64,000 nt of DNA from the NCBI GenBank assembly GCA_013115145.1, contig JAAPAO010000089.1, positions 1-64,000 of the forward strand, read 5' to 3'. The notes beneath the pieces are model-generated. The model was not told the origin of the DNA, ran no database searches, and saw nothing but the letters and a program-made list of their open reading frames with translations. A program made the position numbers and the translations under genes. Below are positions 47,701 to 58,093 of the stretch, in pieces. How positions within the stretch are numbered: position 1 is the first letter of the stretch; each line of letters begins with the position of its first letter. This DNA is from Perkinsus chesapeaki ATCC PRA-425. Lineage: Eukaryota; Protista; Perkinsozoa.

Positions 47701-50175
47701 TAGTATAAATTGCAAACACACTTGTCTTTTAGTATAAATTGCAAACACACTTGTCTTTTAGTATAAATTTGCAAACACACTTGTCTTTTAGTATAAATTG
47801 CAAACACACTTGTCTTTTNNNNNNNNNNNNNNNNNNNNNNNNNNNNNNNNNNNNNNNNNNNNNNNNNNNNNNNNNNNNNNNNNNNNNNNNNNNNNNNNNN
47901 NNNNNNNNNNNNNCTTTTAGTATAAATTGCAAATACACTTGTCTTTTAGTATAAATTGCAAATACACTTGTCTTTTAGTATAAATTGCAAATACACTTGT
48001 CTTTTAGTATAAATTGAAAACACACTTGTGTTTTAGTGTAACGCGCAACCAGGTTGCCACAGACGAATCTGAGATGTTCCCGATAGGGTAACATATCTCC
48101 GCATCGGGGACACATTCGATTCCCAAGCAGCACATTTGTGTAAGGCTCGATCACTCCCTGCACATTCATGAAGGATACTTCAAATTCTTCAAGAACGTTG
48201 ATAGCTTCTCAACGGGATGAGATTGTCCAAGTTTACCATCGGCAATAAGCTCGCGGAGTATCATTTTACCACGAACAACGTAGCCGAAATTGATTAAGCC
48301 CAAAAAACGCTGCCACTTATAACTGTTGTTCAGACGAGGTTTTCCGTTCTCCCTACCAGTATTGAGTAGCTTCCTTACGTCACTGATGCGGACAGACATG
48401 CTTCAAAAGACATAACCGAAGCTCCACATTATAACTTCAAACACACGAAATTGACAAATACTGTATATTAGTTGTACGTGTGTACAAAATAAATGATGAC
48501 TTATCTATGACATCGATTCGAGCCACTACTACCAAGTTCACTCATTCCCTCATAAGCATAAATACAATGTATACATACATTAGCATTTACATTAACACTA
48601 ACATTACATGTTAGCATTATACAATGTATAAATGATATATATATAAACTTTAAATACGTAAAAGCATAAACAAATCTATGACTAATCTATGGTGGCATCA
48701 GTCCATCAAGCCACCACACCCAAGTTCGCTCAACCCTTCCCCAATTACTACCTCATCAGCATACTCTACTATCTTAAGCTGCCTCGAAAACACCGTTATC
48801 ATCGATCCGATATACAAGTCCTTAGCCGCCACTCCAGGATACTCACAACGCTTTAGAAAGGCTAAAATGAGAAATCCTATTCACCAACAACTACCAGGTC
48901 ACCACCTACGTCGACGGTTTTTAATATCGTACATCTCCAGAGTGCCGTCCCGCAAGAAATATCTGATCAACATCTGTACCAAGACCAGTAACCGCAGATG
49001 ACTATTGTAGGGTTGAATGAAAGCCAAGATATTATCGAATGGAGTTGTGGAGCCAGCGGTGCGCACCCTCACTTCAAACGCGCGAACAAACAAGTCATTC
49101 AGCTCCATCTGGGGAGGTCATGGCTGGTACATAATATAGCACCTCTATAGTATTATAGAATATCCTCTATATAATATATAGCCAACATATCATTCAAGAG
49201 TCGTTCCATGGAGATATTGCGAGAAAATATTTTTTTGCCAAAAAATGGCGGGCCTGGGAATCGAACCTGCGACCCCGCATGGAATTTGATAATGATATGT
49301 AAACACGCTGAGCTCCGCATAACCTTCGCGAATGGCGTATAAAACATGTAATATTGTTCGACGAAGATGGATCTTTGTCCATAGGAATGAAGGATTCCAC
49401 AGATCCTGGGCCCCTCGGTGATGCGCGGTTGACCTAGTACGGAGAGCTGAAACATCGCACACAAGCGGGACAGTTGTAACACAACTTATGTGAGGTGATA
49501 TTTCGAACGAAAAGAATAATAACAGTGGTCGATGCAGGGCTCGAACCTGCGACCCTCGCGTTATTAGCACGATGCTCTAACCGACTGAGCTAAACGACCT
49601 CTTATTCATACACTAATGTCGCAATCTACAATCCTTCCTACCAATAACCCGACAGGCATTGCCCTAGGACCATGTCTGACACCTGACACGCTCGGCCACA
49701 CTGTCTCCGTCAGTGTATAATACACTAAACCTAATTGGTCTCTAATAGTTCAAACGTTACCCAAACAACATATACACAGTATCATTTAATACTCACATTC
49801 TTACGTACATAATTTGCTTCATCATAACTTATATACTTTCACGCTTCTTCACGAATTACCCTTTTATCACCTATACTCGTATAGTTGCCAGTTCAGGCTT
49901 TACGTCAGCATTAGTTCTTCGCTGCTACTACTACGGAAATCATAGTATGAATGCTATAGGCTATCACATATATCACAAGCCAGCATTATACACCACAACA
50001 ATGTGTCATTTCTCCACGTTATGAAAAGGACATTATATTCTCTTTCGCGTTTTCCACGATCCGCCTCCCCCTCCCTTTACTACGTCAGCTGATAACGCCG
50101 AAACAGCTCCGCAGTCTGATCGAACCATTCCACAAAGAAGGTGTATCGATCTTCATTAGCGTTGGTCCTCACCAT
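44705..50175 (-). CDS. NME7: Nucleoside diphosphate kinase 7 (DM10 plus two NDK domains), ~14 exons
   Basis: Exon 50175-50084 DRYTFFVEWFDQTAELFRRYQL; 48962-48910 YFLRDGTLEMYDIKNRR; DLYIGSMITVFSRQLKIVEYAD; RTLGMIKPDA; YGTDATRNAVHGSD; NCTCCVVRPH; GFEISAM; FRKFVGPHDPEIAKALRP; FGEDRIKNAVHCTDLEEDGQLEVE/YFF; stop TAG 44705-44707. Confidence 0.95.
45794..45866 (-). tRNA. trnR-TCG: tRNA-Arg (TCG), intronic in NME7
   Basis: GGTCTCGTGGCCTAATGGATAAGGCG, anticodon ttggt-ctTCGga-accaa, GGTTCGAGTCCCAC; 73 nt followed by TTTTT. The first acceptor pair appears mismatched (G1-A72). Confidence 0.92.
47016..47240. repeat. 26-bp minisatellite (~8.5 copies) in an NME7 intron
   Basis: Unit tttctcagt(g/a)tcaattta(ccc/tct/ttc)tatta, copies starting at 47016, 47042 and onward. 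Confidence 0.92.
47591..48040. repeat. 29-bp minisatellite spanning an assembly gap (N run 47819-47912) in an NME7 intron
   Basis: Unit cacacttgtcttttagtataaattgcaaa; gcaaac recurs at 47683, 47712 and 47741. Confidence 0.95.
48030..48399 (-). mobile_element. Possible frameshifted mobile-element fragment with a C2HC zinc-finger-like motif, inside an NME7 intron
   Basis: Overlapping ORF pieces 48166-48399 and 47975-48169 with CPRCGDMLPYREHLRFVC, resembling the CxxC-x7-H-x4-C motif of non-LTR element C-termini. Abuts the 29-bp array. Confidence 0.3.
49246..49320 (-). pseudogene. tRNA-like degenerate fragment
   Basis: Minus strand ...gcggagctcagcg...ggggtcgcaggttcgattcccaggcccgcca-TTTTTT has a box B and terminator, but the T-stem does not pair and no acceptor partner is seen. 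Confidence 0.45.
49526..49599 (-). tRNA. trnI-AAT: tRNA-Ile (AAT), in intron 1 of NME7; identical to the copy at 15956-16029
   Basis: Exact reverse complement of the 74-nt sequence at 15956. Confidence 0.97.
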
Positions 50176-50266
50176 TATAAAATTATACTATCCACAAAAA
50201 TCGCCCAGTAAATAAACTCAACCTCCAGACTCCTCAGAAAACCCAAATTAAATCTATTATGCACAA

Positions 50267-53200
50267 TCAGCTCGCCCTTAGCCCAGCTATCTGCGGAGGC
50301 ACCTCATGAAAGGCTCCCTTATTCAGCTCCTCCACTTCAGTTTCCTCTTCCTCACCAGTCGTCTTTTGCACTAGCCAAATCACCGCACTGGCATCTCGAC
50401 CGTACCCAGTAGTAGCCTGAGAACTTTCGGCTTAACTCATTAGCATTTAGAATGCCCTCCTTGCCTCTCATTCGTCGTACGAGCGTTCGATTATCAGTTG
50501 ATCTATCAAACTCATACCATTAGAAAGCCCTCGTTTTATTCTCTCCGGTGGAGTACGTAGAAGATATTGAATAAACATTATCAAGTAAAAATATATAACT
50601 CCTCAGTAGTACAGCACGTTGCGTATTACTAAATAATCAAACTAAAGTTAGCAGTAGTGCACACGGTGTTCATTTACCACTAAAGTCTTTTCTGCAAAGA
50701 GGAACTAATGCGACATTACAAAGCCCAGGGCGAAAGCTTTCTTATGGCGCCCACCGTATTCCAGCGAGTGGACCCCTCCCATGCAGCAGCGCCATGTATG
50801 ATATAATAATGTATTGTCCTATAATAACCCTCCAAATCCTCCCGAGCTACTACCAGAACCCTTCCATTGGAGTTTGCTGAGACACTCGATAAAGCGCAGA
50901 GATGTCCAACAGGCGACCGTCCCGTTTGCTTCCCCGAACAGAGATCGATTACGTAAAGGCGTCGATCTAAGCCCGGCACGAACAGCAAAGGGGCTTCTGA
51001 ATCTGAAAAGTCAAAGTGATGCTACCGAGTACTAGACAACCAACCAAATACGATGTGAGAAAGAGGGTGATCAGTGCCTTCTGATATATATAACGGATAT
51101 CCAGACATAGCACGAATATTACTACCCGTATTCGAGTTGATTAGCTCTACTACTAACTGAAATAATAATATGCTGTGACTAATAATCTGTGAACCGTCTC
51201 CACCACTACCGGCTTAGCTGCAGCAGTGATGATATTTTAATCTTAATATGAATTATTAATCGATTAGTTATGTGCATTTTCAATTACTTTCACTATCTTT
51301 GTCTAATTGTCAAGTCCGCAAAGTTAACTCCAAATCAAAAAATTGCTGCATTAGAGGCGGAGCGATGCAAAACCCACCTGTAGTGACACACGGTCTGCAA
51401 AAGTGTTTAATTTTATCTCCCTCTTCCTTATTTGAAGGCGCCTTAGTTGAAGTTGACTGAGGTGATCCCTGCACTGACTGAGCTCGGCTGCTGGGAGCAC
51501 TCTAAGAAATCAAAGTCGAATCCAGCGTTCGGGTAGTATCTTACGAAGCTGTAAAAACCCCGCATCAACCTCACGAAATCGATGAGATTTTCACCATTTC
51601 CCATGTCGCCTCGAAACTGAACGTTTCAGGCTTCCGCTTATTACGCAATACGCTCTCGAGAATGTGTGGGTGCTGTGTAAATATTAGTTACTAAATAACC
51701 AGTAGAACGATTATCCCACTCGCATGAGACTGACCCCCCTTTAAAGCCTATATTACCTCACTCATCCCTCTGCAGTTGTTGCCTGGTTGCTCGAAACCGT
51801 GAAGCCACCTACAGTGAATAATACTACAGGCGATATAATGGGGAGTATGTATCTCACACTTGACGATAACAAATGATATTCATATACAATTACAACTAAA
51901 TATTGATAAAGAGATTTATAACGACTAGTTTACAAGGTAAATTTTAAATTATAAATCTATCGACAAGTACTGGGAATAAAAGTAGGAGCTGAAGTAGGGA
52001 CAGCACCCAAGCACCCCTGTAGTAGCAAACCATAGCTACCAATTGAGTGATATGCAATGATATTAACAACGTTAGGAATCGATTGTTCCAACTGGCTTGC
52101 GAAGGCACCTAATAATACCACTTCTACTACCGTCATGTGAGCTAACACAGCAAAGTAAATCCCTCATTAAGAAACCTACAAAGTAACTCGTTGTAATGTG
52201 AGTTTCTTACCTCATAGTTTGATGAGACCTCAAATCCCAAACTCGTGCCAATCCGTCCGAATACAACCCGGCAACATAAACAGGCGTAGATCTGCCCACC
52301 ACTACCCACTCGACCGCTAAGCACCGACGCTACTTGTCACGGATGTCTCGACTTTGCATTGTCGCGCCCATGCATTCAGTTCCACTCGCACCCGCACCGA
52401 GCGTCCGCAAACAGTCGCCAGACCACGAGGACCAGAGACGGATCATTCCATCGAGGCCAGCGGTGAACTGATGAGGAAAAGTCGGTATGAAATGGAAGGG
52501 AAAGTCTTACTATAACAGAGTCGTCCTGAGCGTATCCCACCGAAGAGAGCGGGCCATGGGACGCCACCGTGTCGATATGTGGCTTGTTCTGTGAGGATGT
52601 GTAGTGGCTCGAAAGGGATGCAACTAAAATGCACCGACCAGGGATCGAACTTGAGGTCTCGAATTGAGATTTACACAGAGCGGAGGTAAGATCAATGACA
52701 CCGCAGGCCGCTAAGACCAACTGGGAAAGCCGGGGACGCTCTGAAACCGTATGGCTTCAGAGGAAGGCGCTCCTCGCTAATCAAAAAGAGCTTCCAATGC
52801 GGAGGAGAAAGAACAGAGATTTTTATAGGAAATATTCCTAGACCAGAGGGAAACGTCCATTTAAATTCCTATGGAGGACATCTGACATTCTTTTATAGCT
52901 CACTGATCACCGTGAAGGTGAAGATTACTTGCCCAACTGAGTGAAAACGATTATCATTCGAGATTCATCCTAATTTTTCGAACCCATTAAATTTCATGCA
53001 TTCCCTAAGTTGCCCATATCCATTCCCATAGCTCACATTGCCTAATATCCCACAGGTGAAGTACACCTTGACTGTCACCACTGGCAAGCGAGCAACAGTT
53101 CGGTGAGTTACCCATCGATACGCAATAAGCTGGATCTTCGCACTTTGCCCTGCCGATCGGGCCTTCAGCACCTATAAGCGTTATAGTCCAAGAGCATTTC

Positions 53201-53990
53201 ATACGAGGAGGCGATGTCGGCCTACTCGTTGAACGATTACCGTAAGGATGCTGGAGATTGAGGAAGTGAGTAAAATATTACTCTATATAGATAGGTTTGA
53301 CTACCTTGATATTTGAAGGTTATAATACTGAATGGATAGTAATAGAGATATAATGCTCCGACGGTGAGTATGCAAAAATAAAAGCAAATAGTTTCTAAAG
53401 GATCTTACTGGCCAACTGCACTGATGCTTCCCGTGTCAGATCTTGTCGCATCGACTGTATCAAATTTGTTGGAATGAATATTATTCATTCTTGGTTGTTA
53501 TAATTATTTCTTGAGCCAATCATATTATAATTCTTTGCTGGTCCTTCCATTGGATGATTAAGCGTACTATTTTTTTCATTATCCACCGGCATCAGAGTCT
53601 TACTTGCTCGGATATCCCAGAGAAGTACCGCTCCTCCTTCACATGAAGTCACCACCCAATTGCCACTACCATGCCAAGTACAGTCGGTTAGGGGGTGAAT
53701 ATGGCCACCAGATAGGGTTACTATCAGTCTAAAGGTTGAAGCGTGCAAGATACAGAGTAGGTTAACAAAGGTGCGCTTTGTCGTAGTACCTTCCGACATT
53801 CAAGTCCCATATTTTAGCTGAACTATCCGCACTTGCCGTAGCCAGTTTATCATCATTGCTGAAGGTCCCTCGCACCACACAGGCTTCGTGGCCGGTCAGC
53901 CTGCAAGCGGCCGCCAATTTTACTGTCATCAACCCGAGGAAAAGATCCAACGATTATGCTTCGAGCGAGTTCGAGGCATCTCGGAATTAG
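50267..53990 (-). CDS. WD40-repeat protein, multi-exon (start approximate)
   Basis: GHEACVVRGTFSNDDKLATASADSSAKIWDL; GHIHPLTDCTWHGSGNWVVTSCEGGAVLLWDIR; LASGDSQGVLHLWDIR; GHLCALSSVSAN; last exon GYGRDASAVIW...GLRAS* with TGA at 50267-50269. Confidence 0.8.
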
Positions 53991-54178
53991 TTACGAACGA
54001 TTATGCTCATTTCGTGCTTGTCGACGAGTTGCGTCTTACTCGACTAGGGGGAAGTCTCTGCGAGATGTGGTGAATGGGGTCTCATAGTACATAGGGAATT
54101 CAGCCTTTGGGTATCTTAGGTTGGAGCCTGCATCAATAACTATTAAAATATTCCCTCGGCTTCAGTTCTGTTATCATC

Positions 54179-56426
54179 ATGTCTCAAGCGACAGCAGCAA
54201 ACCGAAAGCACACAGACTTTGCTCGATTGTAAGTGGTCAGTCAACCGACCTCTGGAGGATCTTCCTCAGAATGCGAGCTGGGTATCAAGTCGACGCGGAT
54301 CCAGATTCGAAGAACGTCACGCAAGATTTCTCTGTTGTATTCTACGCCCCAGAAAGCTGTAAGTCCGCAACGGTCCTCTGTAAACTAAACGACACCTCAC
54401 TGGTCATTCTATCAGGAAAGCTGTTAAGGAAAATCTATGCGAAAAAGTGCCTGAATTTCTGCAGCCAAAGAAGGGGAAATTTCAGAAATTCTTGAGCATT
54501 TTTACCATATAGAGCCGGTGTGTTGCATGACCTAACCTTCTTGTTCAGCTCCCTATAAGGGTGGTATATATCGAATACACGTTGAGCTTCCCGAGCAGTA
54601 TCCCTATCAGAGTCCAAGCATTGGATTCAGGAACAGGTGAGGCAAATCTTATAGGCTTCCATTATCGTGATGACGGGAAAGTGCGGTAGGAGTAATTCCC
54701 GAGATTACTTGAGTCCCGATGTGGGCAGTGCATCGAGGCTTCCTCGGTTAATCCAACAAGTTCTCTCAACACACATAACGTGTAACACGTCGCTTTCGGC
54801 CAAAGTTGAGCGAAATTTTCACTGCTGTGGGGTTTAGTTTACCAGGCCTTGCTGTATTAAAACAGCAGTCAGTAGCTTACTTTTAATAAATGGACGATAT
54901 CTATCGAAAATTCGAAGGGAATTTGCACGACTGTAAATGGGCATATTTTGAATCAAAGTATATGTCTGTAACGGAGCATAGATAAAGCACTACTCGACGG
55001 GCGCAATTGCGGACTCTCTCCTTTACAGGGGCAAATGTTACTACAGGTGGAACAATCCAATCGACCTTCAACAGAAACCCCAGGAACAGTGTGTTAATTG
55101 AAAACTCTGCGGTGTGACGCTATGGCATTTCTGTTGTTAGGATATTTCATCCTAACATCGATGAGCGAAGTGGTTCTGTGTGCTTGGATGTCATCAACCA
55201 GACTTGGACGCCACTGTACTCGTTAGTCAATATCTTTGACGTCTTCCTTCCCCAGTTATTAGCGTAAGTTGAGGCTTTCGGAATCTTGCGAGGACAAGCA
55301 TTTTAGCAGCTGCGGCCTCGGTTGGTTGGGATTCGGATTGTTATTGCCTTATAATTGTTTCGATGAATATCTCATAATAACCTATCAGACATATCGTAAT
55401 TGTTGAATAGTCTATTCCGTGGGGAATATGACTATCTCTTCTTCCTGTATTCCCTGCGCATTGCGGCAATGCCCATTCTGGCAGATACGTCAAATGCTAG
55501 GCAATGTCATCGTTCAACATATGACGTATCGTTGTCCAAAACTGACCTCTATCTTGTGCAAGCTCAAGGTCTCTGATAGATACCCGAACCCATCGGATCC
55601 GTTGAATCCTGATGCAGCCGCATTGATGCTGCGAGATAAGACTGCGTACAGCGATAAATGCCAAGGTAGAAAGATTCTTTCAAGGTTGATTCACTGTCAG
55701 TACGATTTTCTCACGCGCCAGAAAATACCAATGCTGGGAGATTTGAAAATCTTTTGTATAATTTTTTCTATAAAATTTTTTATAATTTTCTAATTCTTTT
55801 TGTTTTAAAGTTTTCCTATATTTTTTGCGAACCGGCGACTGTTGCATTCCGACATGGTGTTGATTATTCTGTAGTGACTCTTTTTCAGAGTACGTACGTT
55901 TGTACGCCTCGTCCTCCTCGATCCTCGGCCGGAAGAGCAGCGATGATGAAGTCGATGAAGCCTGCTCCCCTCAAGCTAGTCCGTTGCAGCAACCAAGGCG
56001 AATGGTGAGACGACTCACTTGTTTATGGGAATAGACTTGCACGTCAATATTCGGTCGAAGGAGAAGAAGCGGCATATTCCCACAAGGTCGCCCAAAAGAA
56101 GAGTGTGGTCTCAGGCGGCTGGTTCGTGCTGCAGTACGATTTCGTCCTCAACGACATTCTGTCAGAGCCCAACAGCGCTCACTCCAGTCGTTCGAGGCAG
56201 ACCAATAGGCGGCAGCTCAGACGTTGCCAGTCGGTTCCTCGTGACGTCTGAGCCGTGCAGCCGCGGATTAGGTTCTCCTCGAGGGCTGGAGGCCAGTATG
56301 ATGCTGGCAGAAGTTAGCCTAGAGTCTGCGCAGGACGAATCGATGAGCGACGGTAGCGACGCTGTAACGGTGAGCGAGCTGTCTCAGTTGGACTGTGTGG
56401 GAGAGCTGGATTTGGAAGGCTTATAG
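54179..56426 (+). CDS. UBE2H: Ubiquitin-conjugating enzyme E2 H (UBC8-type), multi-exon
   Basis: [17 protein letters not shown]/...[82 protein letters not shown], plus acidic tail ending [17 protein letters not shown]. Confidence 0.92.
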
Positions 56427-56759
56427 CCATCGCTCTGTGAGGGGCTAGTGTCAGGTGAAGGGGACAGTTTTTGTGTCAGGTATACTTGCTCAAAGCATAG
56501 GACCATTTCATCATAGTATGTTCTTTGAATTTAAGCGATGGCAAGATATTGTTATCGTCTCATTTGGAGATTGCATTCTTCGACCTCAGTAAGATATTTC
56601 TTGCGATTTGTTCGGGTGCCATTGCATTGGTTTCCTCCGACCAACCCGTACTCTTTCTGCGCTTATCAAAACGACCTTTTCCCAGCTTTTTCTTGTGGAG
56701 CTCGGTCCGATCGCTGAGACCTAGATTATAATAATTTGATTTCTTATCAGGTACGCTGC

Positions 56760-57990
56760 CCGCGAGGGGGAGTCTTTTCTGAGAATTCTGTATCCTTCAA
56801 CTTTACATTTCTGTTGCATGTTTGTTGCTGCTGCTGTTTGCTGTTGTTGATGATGATGATCTCCGCTAAGCCTCAGGCCTCAGCAGCACTAGGAAGTAGT
56901 TTACTCGATCCACTCGCCGCCACCGCCCATCTGTAGAATTAGCTGCTCTTTATTTACCCTCTGGTGGTGTGCCTTTAAGAACCTTGCGCTTGTAGTTGCC
57001 AATAGCGTTACGAAAATGCTAGTTGGAGCAAGATGAGCAAGATTTTTACAATCTCCGTCCGTCCAGGTATATCTTTTCTGCATTGAATGTTCTGATTGGA
57101 TGAGCTTGACGAAGAAAGATTCTCGGTGTAGAAGGCCGAATCTGCTTGTCCTCCGTTATTCACATTTTCTGCTTGTTTGCTCAATGCGCAATTTATCAGT
57201 GCGTTAATCTCGATTGAACTTTTATTTTGCCTGTGAGTCAGTTGGCTGCTCTTTGAAGGTTGCGATCTGTCAAGGTAAGTCTCCTATCTTGGCTCTCTTC
57301 CGCAGACGGGGGATAAATTGTCCGCAGTTTCCGATCTAGAAAACGAGGGTTCCAGCTCACTGACTTTTGGTGTGTGTGATTTGAGTTCGTAGGCGTTGGA
57401 CGATAGGCGCTTTCACACACACGCTTTTGGTGGCGAGTAGTATATTTATAAACTTTGAACCAAGATGCTGCCAAGGATGGCACACTAAGCTTCACTCGAT
57501 CAGACTTCCGTTATGAATTTCTCATCCTTATGATTTCGTCTGACAATGAGTAAACTAGAGGACTGCGCCGATCGGAGTGCATCGCCCTCAACTTAACAGC
57601 GCAGGTCTTGGCTCCTCCCTCCGGGAATGATGCACCCAGGATCTCCAGATTTTTGAACTTCAGCGTCAGGCACATTTTCGGTGGCTGCTGGAGTGTGTTT
57701 CATTAGTGGTGCTCTGGTATATAGTATTCGCTGTTTTACAATACCATTTAGATTGCAATATTTTTCTAGTTGATAACGACTTTCGGAGTTTTTGTCGCTG
57801 TGCCGTCAGGCTTGGACGTCTCAGCCGTAGGTGGTCTAAGAGATTGTTGTCAGGCGATGATGATGGCGCTGATTGTTACCAAAGTGTCGCTGTGATGATG
57901 CATGACTTGTTGTAGATGTTATTACTTGTTATTGAAGTGTCAGCGGTGGCCTAGATTACTGCTGCTGTTGCTGGTCCTGAGCACCAAGCA
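56760..57990 (-). CDS. Multi-exon hypothetical protein (boundaries uncertain)
   Basis: Coding-like pieces (RRPSLTAQRQKLRKSLSTRKILQS; KLSVPSLAASWFKVYK; CKNLAHLAP; Q/H-rich tract). No family recognised. Confidence 0.3.
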
Positions 57991-58093
57991 TGCAGTACTC
58001 TGATACTAGTATCGATTCACGTAGGGTACGACAAGCGCACAGTCGTCGGCGTTGCGTTGGCCAGTTGGGGGGAAGAAAAAGTTCTGATAGTTG

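Noticed and set aside
47591-48040. CRISPR-like 29-bp repeats
   Set aside because: The units are head-to-tail with no spacers, there are no cas genes, and the site is a eukaryotic intron: a minisatellite.
54664-54720. Second snoRNA candidate in a UBE2H intron (GTGATGA)
   Set aside because: No canonical CTGA box D at a suitable distance.
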